A stretch of DNA of 64,000 bases from an uncultured Planctomycetaceae bacterium (GTDB taxonomy: Bacteria; Planctomycetota; Planctomycetia; Pirellulales; PALSA-1355): NCBI GenBank assembly GCA_963785305.1, contig CAWAUV010000005.1, forward strand, positions 640,001 through 704,000, read 5' to 3'. The stretch's first letter is position 1, and the number at the start of each line of letters is the position of its first letter. This document shows, piece after piece, positions 45,380 to 53,254 of the stretch. The notes under the pieces were generated by a model. The model was given only the letters and a program-made list of their open reading frames with translations, had not been told where the DNA came from and searched no databases. The translations under genes and the position numbers were made by a program.

Positions 45380-46059
45380 ATGACAGCGCCCCGCGAACCT
45401 TCCATCACTCGCGATTCGCCCCAGGCGATCTCGGAGCTTCGCGCCGGGCACGCCACCCTGTCGGCGATGCTCATGAACCTGTTCGACGAGCTCGATCACC
45501 GGCGGTTCGAGCTAATCGAAAAATCGAAGGCCGGCCGACGCGGCGCCGCCGCGCATCGCGGGGCGCCCGCGGCCGATGCCCAAGAGGCCGAGCGGCAGAT
45601 CGCGGCGCTGGAGCGGGCTTTGGCGTCGGCTCGCGGCAGCATGCCCAGCGATTGGCGGAGTTCGCCGTGACGCGCATTGAACTGGCCGCCGCGCGAATCG
45701 AGCTCAATCAAGCGACCGGTCGCCGCGCGGACTTGGCGAGCAAGGCCGCGGCGCTCGGCGAGCCCGATTCGCTATCGGCCGAGCTCGATGTGCTCCGCTC
45801 GAGCGCCGTGGAATTGGCCGGCGAACTTGCCGCTTGTCGCCATGAGGCCCGGTCCGATGCGGGAGAGGAGCCCCTGGTCGAAACAGGGCTCGGTGAAAGT
45901 TCGGCCGGGTCCCATGAAACCGCGCCCGTCGCCCACGGCGCAAGCGAGTCGGCGGGGCCGCGTCGATCCGGAGGCCGCCGTCGCAATGCCGATCTCGAAC
46001 GCGTCGCGAAACTGCTCGATCAGACCGAGGACTCGCCGCCCGCGGATCATGCCGGTTGA
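45380..46059 (+). CDS. Coiled-coil hypothetical protein (frameshifts)
   Basis: GGGGAGG RBS before ATG 45380; heptad-like Ala/Glu/Leu sequence continues in the frame ending at 46059. Confidence 0.6.
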
Positions 46060-46060
46060 C

Positions 46061-46099
46061 GGCTAATAGCCTGTTGATTGATTCAACAGGCTATTAGCC
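46061..46099. terminator. Perfect 17-bp inverted repeat between convergent genes
   Basis: GGCTAATAGCCTGTTGA-ttgat-TCAACAGGCTATTAGCC; it overlaps the carA stop codon. Confidence 0.75.
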
Positions 46100-47310
46100 C
46101 CCGGTGGCGATCAGTTCGCGAAACTGTCGGAAGAGATATTCGCTGTCGTGCGGACCGGCCGACGCCTCGGGATGGTATTGCACACTAAACGCCGGCGCGT
46201 GGCGATGTCGCACGCCTTCGATCGTGCCATCGTTGAGATTGCGATGCGTTACTTCGAGTTCGCCGGGCAAAGTGTCTTCGAGCACCGCGAAGCCATGATT
46301 TTGGCTTGTGATCTCGACTCGGCCGGTGATCAGATTTCGCACCGGCTGATTGGCCCCGCGATGGCCGAACTTGAGCTTGAATGTCTTGGCGCCGCAGGCC
46401 AGCGAGATCAGCTGATGGCCCAGGCAAATGCCGAAGATCGGCGTTTTGCCGAGCAGTTCGCGAATCGTGTTGATCGCATAGTCCAGCGGCTCCGGATCGC
46501 CAGGACCATTCGAGAGAAACACGCCATCGGCCCGTTGGTCGAGCACTGCGTCGGCGCTCGGCGCTGCCCGGCAAGATCGTGACATGAAAACCGGAGTTGG
46601 TCAGATATCGCGGGATGTTCCACTTCATGCCGAAGTCGAGGGCCACGACTTTTAACGGGCGAGCTCCCTCGCGCGGCGTCGTGCCGGAGCGCGACATTTC
46701 GTTCGCGGCCTGTCCGCCAGCAACCCCGCCGCCAGCAACCCCGCCGCCCGGAACCCCGCCGCCACTCACGACCGGCGCCACCATCAGCGGGTCGAGCCGC
46801 TCGCTCCAAAGTCGAGCTTGGCTTGGCATCACTTCGCGCACGGATCGCGCCCACGAGTCCGGGCGACGCCGCGGCCTTGGCCGCCAGACTTGCGTCGTCG
46901 AGGTCCACGGTCGAGAGCACGCTTTTCATCGAGCCGAATCGGCGCAGCTTGCGCACCAAGGCCCGGGTGTCGATGCCCGCGATGCCCACGACTCCATGCC
47001 GGGCGAGATAGTCTTCGAGCGAGCCTTCCGAGCGGAAATTGCTCGCCACCCGGCTGAGATTTCGCACGATGAAGCCGGACAAATGGGGATGCTCGCTTTC
47101 GAGATCGGCGGCGTTGACGCCATAGTTGCCGATCTCGGGATAGGTCATCGCCACGATCTGGCCCCGATAGCTCGGATCGGTCAGGATTTCTTGATAGCCG
47201 GTCATCGAGGTGTTGAAACACACTTCGCCATCGACTTCGCCGGCGGCGCCGAAGCTCGCGCCCGTCATGACCGTGCCGTCTTCGAGCGCTAATTTCGCGG
47301 TCTTGGACAT
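46094..47310 (-). CDS. carA: Carbamoyl-phosphate synthase small subunit (two frameshifts)
   Basis: [70 protein letters not shown]. Confidence 0.95.
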
Positions 47311-47636
47311 CGACTCCGAATTCTCCGTGGGCTGCGTGGTTTTTGGGGCAACGGCGTCAACTTGCAGCGGTTCGCCGCAAAAAGGCGGCGCGGGGAGGCC
47401 GCTCAGGGGCTCTTTTTATTGCGACGTTTCACATGAATATACCAAGCGACGGACACCACGACGCAAAAAAAGAGGAAGGGGCTCATGGCGAGCGACTCGG
47501 AGACAGCTAGTTCGCGTTGTTCAAACGTGTTTTACGGCGGCGGGCTCTGTTGCTCCGCCCCGTGGCGACCCGCGTCGCGGCCCTCGCGGGGGCTTGGCTG
47601 CTAAAGTTCGACCGGCCCGTGGCCCGATAGGGTTCT

Positions 47637-47742
47637 TATTGGCTGTGGGTCACTGGAGCAAATCAAGCGCAAGCCGAAATTCATCCAGACAGCCAAACCC
47701 GAGGGTCCTTGCAGCGGCGAGCAAGGACCCTCATTGTATTTT
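47637..47742 (+). ncRNA. Candidate ~105-nt small RNA
   Basis: Long imperfect hairpin capped by a GCAA tetraloop, then a perfect 12-bp terminator stem with a T-rich tail. A sigma28-like motif lies upstream. Confidence 0.4.
47701..47742 (+). terminator. Intrinsic terminator
   Basis: GAGGGTCCTTGC-8 nt-GCAAGGACCCTC followed by ATTGTATTTT. Confidence 0.7.
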
Positions 47743-47935
47743 GAGCCGATCCCGCCCGCATGCGCTCGACCTCGCGGGCCCAGAGCCGAACCATTATAGG
47801 CGTTCGGAGCCGTTAAACCGAGGGGGCCGCGGAAAACGCCATCACGACTGCCGGCCGGCGCATCGCGGCAAGGGCACGGCTCGGCAATGGAACAGTTCGG
47901 CGCCCCCCCATTGCGTCGAGAAGGATGCACCGCTG

Positions 47936-49033
47936 CTAGGCCATTGCCGGCATTGGCGGGAAAATGTTCGCAAGCGTGGCCGTGCGAGCCTCGGTCTCCG
48001 CGATTGACTTCGCCATGAACTCCGCGAAGTTCCACCGAGACCGCGCCAGCCGCCCGAGGAATAGCCGACTACCGATTCCGATCGCGCTAGAGAGCATTAC
48101 AGAGTGACACAACGTCTCAGCCACGAGGCCCATCGCGATACCCGTAGTGCTGATTGCCGAACTCGCGGCAGCATCGGCGAACGCTTGCGAGAATTCCTTC
48201 GAGCCCTTGTACCATAGGAAGCCGTTCACGATTGCATGAAGTGAACCGGCAGCGATTGCCCCGCCGAGCAACTCGTCAAAGAAATGGCCCAACTGGTCCG
48301 GGCCGACGTTGCTCATACCCTCCCGTACGAAATCCGCCGCCCGGTGCGCATTGATCGGAATGGTCAAGACGCGGATCGAATCTAATTCTGAATGACAATC
48401 CTTCAAATCGTTGACTCGCTCGGCGATGTCAGCCGGCACGGCAAAATCAATCTGGTGAACGGTATCACCAGCGCATCCGCTGATCCAGCCGTGATCGACT
48501 TTTTCCTGAACCTTCAACATTTGCCGCACAACGTCATGGGGATTGGCGTAGAGCTTAACCTGCACGTATTCATACGCCCCGTCTGTTTGTTTGACCGCAA
48601 CGTCCCAAGCCTCTTGGCTCCCAGAAGTAGCGAGTTCGGCGGCGCTTCCAATGTGTTGTTTAAATAGGTTTTCACCGATCTGCCCTTTGAGCTTGCTAAT
48701 CAATCCCCGGACGTGATCGTCATCGAATGGGCGAAACGTTCCGTCGCTGGTTTGAATAGCCTGGAGCAAAATGGTTCGCATTTTCGCGTAAGAGTCGGCT
48801 TTTTCGTGCATCAAATTCGCGAACGCATCTTTCAACTCACGGGGTATTTGGTCGAGCAACGTACCGCCATGCAGCGCGTCACCGACGACGACAGCGCTGC
48901 CGATAATTTGATCGTGTTGATCTTGGAGTGTTTGTACAAGAAGGTTAAGTTCTTCAAGCTTCCATTGCCGCATTACTTCATTGGCGTTGCGTGCGTTATC
49001 GCCGAATCGAATACAGAATTCGTCAATTCTCAT
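47936..49033 (-). CDS. Putative PD-(D/E)xK-fold nuclease with C-terminal hydrophobic helices
   Basis: KGQIGE..SQEAWDV..YVQVK motif order; Gly/Ala-rich hydrophobic C-terminus; low GC. Confidence 0.6.
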   Translation of the reverse strand: MRIDEFCIRFGDNARNANEVMRQWKLEELNLLVQTLQDQHDQIIGSAVVVGDALHGGTLLDQIPRELKDAFANLMHEKADSYAKMRTILLQAIQTSDGTFRPFDDDHVRGLISKLKGQIGENLFKQHIGSAAELATSGSQEAWDVAVKQTDGAYEYVQVKLYANPHDVVRQMLKVQEKVDHGWISGCAGDTVHQIDFAVPADIAERVNDLKDCHSELDSIRVLTIPINAHRAADFVREGMSNVGPDQLGHFFDELLGGAIAAGSLHAIVNGFLWYKGSKEFSQAFADAAASSAISTTGIAMGLVAETLCHSVMLSSAIGIGSRLFLGRLARSRWNFAEFMAKSIAETEARTATLANIFPPMPAMA

Positions 49034-49499
49034 GGCATGCTCCGCGGATTTTCAACTCACTGAGTTGGCCTTCCAAATTTGCAATACGCTCAAGGGCTTC
49101 AGCCAATCGAGTGGCGAGAATATCATTAAACGAGTCTTGGGCAAGCAACTTCGCTTCGACGAGTTCAATAAGTCGTTTTCCCGTCACTTGATCCAGCTTA
49201 TCGACCACGGCCCCGGTAGTATCCCTGATAGCTTTCTTCGCGCCGCGCTGGTCGAGTTCACCATCAACATAGTTGACGGCCGACTCTAATTTAGAGCCGG
49301 CATAAAATTGAACGCTCGTTTCCACCGCTCCGCGCGTCATGTCACCAGCAACGGCAAGAGTCTGATTACTGACCTCGACTGTTTTCGCCGCTCCTGCCGT
49401 GCTAATTGCGGCGACCTTCGACGCTAACGCCCCGCCTGTCGAAGTTGCCTGCATTGAAACGCCGGCAATCGCTGCCTTCGCCTTGTCCCAAATTGACAT
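49023..49499 (-). CDS. Helical/coiled-coil hypothetical protein coupled to the nuclease gene
   Basis: Stop overlaps the downstream start (ATGAGAATTGA); C-terminal heptads LAEALERIANLEGQLSEL. Alternative in-frame starts at 49520 and 49631. Confidence 0.7.
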   Translation of the reverse strand: MSIWDKAKAAIAGVSMQATSTGGALASKVAAISTAGAAKTVEVSNQTLAVAGDMTRGAVETSVQFYAGSKLESAVNYVDGELDQRGAKKAIRDTTGAVVDKLDQVTGKRLIELVEAKLLAQDSFNDILATRLAEALERIANLEGQLSELKIRGACHEN

Positions 49500-49642
49500 A
49501 GCGCTGCTCGGCGACGTCATCGACTGGGTATCTTCATGCCCTGGAACTTCGCCGCCCCGCCCACCGCCACTCGCATCGGAATATCTAGATTCCACCGGAG
49601 CACCCCACACAATCGTTTGCGACTTCGCCATTATGAGACACG

Positions 49643-49671
49643 ATTCTATTAAACGATTCATCGCAATGCAA
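49643..49671 (-). promoter_or_regulatory. Sigma70-type promoter of the low-GC cassette
   Basis: Minus strand TTGCAT-N17-TAGAAT. Confidence 0.55.
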
Positions 49672-50221
49672 GTGCGTGATATGCTTGCAACATTGACGCC
49701 GAACACGGATGCCACCAAGCGGCCGGGAAGGATGTTCGGATCGCTCTGGCCGCTGCCCAGCATGACGAGCAAAGGCGCGGCGCAACCGTCGGGCTATTCG
49801 CACTCGCGGGCGGCGGCGTGCTTTGGTCGTTGACCAAATCAAAAAGGGCCGCGGCAGAATGCTTTCGCGTCCCACCCCGGCCCCTCACAAGGTTTGAACG
49901 CCCGTTGTGGTTCGACCACGCAGCGGGCGGGTAGGGTGCGGCGCGCCACTGGGTACCACGGGACCGTCTGCCCCGCTGAACCGCGCCCAGCGTTTGCGAG
50001 AGAGGTATTCGCCGGCCATCGTCAAAAGTCACGCGCAGACGGTGCTGGCTTCACATGCTATCCGCCTATCCGCGCAGGATTGCGCAGCGCGCCACGCGCC
50101 GCAAGCACCCGCGCCGCGGTGCGCCCGAAATCGCCTGCCTCGCGGCTGACTGCCGTTGGGAGCTTTCGCCGCGGTTGCGCCGGGTCGCCGCTCGTGCTTT
50201 TCGCCAGGCGCCTGTTCGCCG

Positions 50222-50251
50222 TTGACCAGAAATCGCCGGGGTCGTTATGAT
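50222..50251 (+). promoter_or_regulatory. Sigma70-type promoter of tRNA-His
   Basis: TTGACC-N18-TATGAT, ending 20 nt upstream of the tRNA. Confidence 0.55.
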
Positions 50252-50270
50252 GTCAGCTCCTGCCAGTTAC

Positions 50271-50345
50271 GGTGGCTGTAGCTCAGTTGGTTAGAGCACC
50301 AGATTGTGGATCTGGGGGTCGGGGGTTCAAGTCCCCTCAGCCACC
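50271..50345 (+). tRNA. tRNA-His (GUG)
   Basis: Cloverleaf with G-1, acceptor GTGGCTG/CAGCCAC, anticodon arm CCAGA-TTGTGGA-TCTGG, T loop TTCAAGT, C discriminator. CCA is not encoded. Confidence 0.97.
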
Positions 50346-50352
50346 CTTTGCC

Positions 50353-50399
50353 AAAAAGCCCGAAAGCCCCATCGCCAAAGGGGTTTCGGGCTTTTTCTT
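50353..50399 (+). terminator. Intrinsic terminator after tRNA-His
   Basis: AAAAAGCCCGAAAGCCCC..GGGGTTTCGGGCTTTTT. Confidence 0.85.
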
Positions 50400-50614
50400 G
50401 CGCCGGTCGGCTGCCCAGGCGCGAGAAGTGGTTAATCTCGCGCGGCGACGGCGAGAAAATGCCATTGATCGCGTGGGAGCCGATTGCCGCGAACACCCGC
50501 CTCCGCGCCTCCGCGACTCCGCGTGATACTTCCGAAGAGCATCGGCAACGCATTGCCCATATAATGGTCTCTAATACCCCCCTCCGATCACGACAGTCCC
50601 TTCGGAAACTCGCC

Positions 50615-51502
50615 ATGAAGACGCGCTCGCTTGGGTTCTCCTGCCTATGGATCGCGCTCTTGGCTTCCTCGGGACGACTGCTCGGCGACGACTCCGAGAC
50701 ATTGAAACACCTCGAACAAAAGGGCGCCAAGGTCAGCCCCGCCGCCCAAGGCGCCGTCAGTGTCTCCGTGAACGATTGCTCCACCTGGACGGAAGACGAC
50801 TACAAGGCTCTCGGCGCGGCGTCGAGGGTCACCCATCTTTCGCTGGGCAAGGGATTCGCGGAGTCGTCGCTCCCGTGGCTTAAGGGCCTCGTGGACTTGG
50901 AAGTCGTCTCCACGAATGTGATGCAAGTGACGGATGAGGGAGTGAAGGCATTCGCCCAATTCCCCAAGCTCCAGCGTCTCGCCTTCTTCCACCCGCCGAA
51001 GGCATTTACCGGCGCCGGATTGGCGGATCTTGCTGAAATGCATTCTCTCGAAGAATTGACGGTCGCCGGCTCGTTCGACGTGGGCGACGATGCTCTCCTT
51101 GCCATCAGCAAGATCAAGAGCCTGAAGCGGGTTCGTATCTGGCACGCTGGAAACACCAACGAGGGCGTCAGGCACTTGAAAGAACTGCCGGCGCTCGAGT
51201 CCTTGACCCTGGGCCAAAGACTAACCAACACCCCGCCGGCCTGCCCCGACGCGGAAACGATCGCGTCGCTGCTCGAAATCGAGACGCTCAAATCGCTCGC
51301 CCTCTGGGAGGCTCGCCTCGACTACGACACCCTCGCGCAGCTCAAACAACTACCGCGGCTCACGCAACTGACGCTCGATGGCGTCGACATCTCCAACGCC
51401 GATGTCGAACGTTTGAAAAAGGAGATGCCCAGCGTCGCCATCACCATGACCAAGCCGACCGATGTGTACATGAAGCGCATCGACCAGCTGTTCAACAAGT
51501 AG
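50615..51502 (+). CDS. Exported leucine-rich-repeat protein
   Basis: Signal peptide; repeats VTDEGVKAF..LQRL, TNEGVRHLKELPALESL, ISNADVERLK. Confidence 0.85.
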   Translation: MKTRSLGFSCLWIALLASSGRLLGDDSETLKHLEQKGAKVSPAAQGAVSVSVNDCSTWTEDDYKALGAASRVTHLSLGKGFAESSLPWLKGLVDLEVVSTNVMQVTDEGVKAFAQFPKLQRLAFFHPPKAFTGAGLADLAEMHSLEELTVAGSFDVGDDALLAISKIKSLKRVRIWHAGNTNEGVRHLKELPALESLTLGQRLTNTPPACPDAETIASLLEIETLKSLALWEARLDYDTLAQLKQLPRLTQLTLDGVDISNADVERLKKEMPSVAITMTKPTDVYMKRIDQLFNK

Positions 51503-51524
51503 CTGCGCCGCCGGCCGCCGCCCC

Positions 51525-52652
51525 TCACCAAATCTGATTGCTCGGGTGCCAAGGGAAGTACGACTTTCTCAGCCCGCCGAAGCGCACCTCGAGGCCCATC
51601 GTGTACGACACATTGTTCATCGTGCTAAAGGGCCCGCGGCCGTAGGCGACGTTGTCGGTGGCGTCGAAGCGGTAAATCAGCCATTCGCGCCAGCGGTACT
51701 TGAAGCCCAAGCTGAACGGAGTGCTCACCAGCACTCCGCCGTAATACGTGTTCATGGAGTCATAGAAGCTGATCTTCGTGGTGCCGATGCCCACGCTCGC
51801 GAACGGCCGCCAACGGGCATCGCCCAGCGGATAGTAGTACATGCTCAAGTCGGCTACATAGAGATCGCTCGTGGCGCCTGGGTAATCGAGGTTCGGATAC
51901 TTCAAACTCACGGCCGCCATGCCGAGCCGCGCTTCGAGGCCGTAGTAATAGTCGTAGTCCCAGGTGAAGCGGTAGCCGCCGAAAAAGCCGCCATGTTGGC
52001 CCACGACGCCTTTGATCGGGGAGCCGCCTTCAATGAATCCGGCGAACCAGCTCGCGCCGATCGGCCGGTTCAGCCAACTGGCGCCATAGAGCGGCTCGCC
52101 CCAGCCGATGAAGCGATTCGCCTCGGAGCTGCGCGGGCCAATCAGCGGAATAAACGTGAGCGGCGGCAAATGAAACAGATGACGCCGAGGTGGAAGATTA
52201 CTGTAGGGATCCCCCATCGTGGTTTCGTGCGGACCCGTGAACCGCGGCGGGGCGCCAGGCGGCAAACCCGCGCCGCCATCGAGCGGTGAATTCGCCGAGG
52301 GACCTTGGCCCGGAGCGGCCATGTCGCCCGTGAGATCGGGCGCGGGAACCGGCTCGGGCAAACGAGCGTCGGGATCGGGCGCCAAGCCTTGCGAGCCGGC
52401 CAAGAGCCGCAGCACGCTGCCATCGGTGGTTGTGGCGACCGACGCGCGTCGCTCCGCGAGCACGGCGGCTTTCGTGGCCGAGTCTTCAGGTTCGAGCAGC
52501 GATGGCGCGGGCGACGTATTCGCGGGCGCAGCGATCGCATCGAGGTTCGGCATAAGCGCACCGATATCCTCGGCCAAGCCTCGACTTGCGCAAGCGCAAC
52601 TCAAGACCGCCGCGACGATCCGAACAGACACCGACGCTCCGCGACGTGTCAT
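51525..52652 (-). CDS. Probable outer-membrane beta-barrel protein with Pro-rich N-terminus
   Basis: Signal peptide; aromatic amphipathic strands GGYRFTWDYDYYYGLEAR, RWRPFASVGIG, FSLGFKY, YTMGLEVRF. Confidence 0.7.
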   Translation of the reverse strand: MTRRGASVSVRIVAAVLSCACASRGLAEDIGALMPNLDAIAAPANTSPAPSLLEPEDSATKAAVLAERRASVATTTDGSVLRLLAGSQGLAPDPDARLPEPVPAPDLTGDMAAPGQGPSANSPLDGGAGLPPGAPPRFTGPHETTMGDPYSNLPPRRHLFHLPPLTFIPLIGPRSSEANRFIGWGEPLYGASWLNRPIGASWFAGFIEGGSPIKGVVGQHGGFFGGYRFTWDYDYYYGLEARLGMAAVSLKYPNLDYPGATSDLYVADLSMYYYPLGDARWRPFASVGIGTTKISFYDSMNTYYGGVLVSTPFSLGFKYRWREWLIYRFDATDNVAYGRGPFSTMNNVSYTMGLEVRFGGLRKSYFPWHPSNQIW

Positions 52653-53254
52653 GCGCGTTCCGAGACGATTTCCAGATGAGAGCCGCCGTCCGCGATCCAA
52701 TCGCACACGGCGCCGCAACTCGAGTCGGCAACGCGAAAAGATTTTTGCCGACGATAGTTACGCACGATGAGGGGGGCAATTATCCATCGACCCGTCGATG
52801 GTGTCAATGCGAAGGCAATCGCTTCGCGCGGCGCGGCGTCGCGGCGCGGGCGGCATGGGCGAATCACGCGTTTTGCGGCGGGAAGAGCTGCGCTGGACGA
52901 CAAATTCCGATTCGAGCGACGCATGCGGCTTGGGCTTCGCGAGGGCGACGCCAGCAGTGCTAGCTCGGGGCGATGTGCCGGAGACCATCGAGAGAGAAGC
53001 CCTATTCACGACCATCGAGCGGCTGGCGCTGGCAGCGGGCGATGCTGGCAGCCAACGATGTCGGGAGTCCACGGGGTTGTTGAGCGACCTATCGAGCGGC
53101 AATCGCCGGAACAATGCCAGCCCGCCGATCCAAGGCGACAAGGCGACAATTTGTTTGTTGTCGGCGGAAGGCAAGGATAGAATCGCACTGCCAACTCGCC
53201 CTATTCGCGTTGCAATTTCTCGCCTGCCTTCCCCGCCCGACGTGAGATCTCGCC

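Noticed and set aside
47410..47474. Imperfect inverted repeat upstream of carA as a pyrimidine attenuator
   Set aside because: It straddles a likely extended -10 (TGGTATATT on the minus strand), so only one arm would be transcribed, and no PyrR-loop motif is seen.
47541..47700. SRP (4.5S) RNA or a known riboswitch (c-di-GMP, guanidine-I)
   Set aside because: Only short coincidental matches (GGGCTCTGTTG, TAGGGTTC); the conserved cores are absent.
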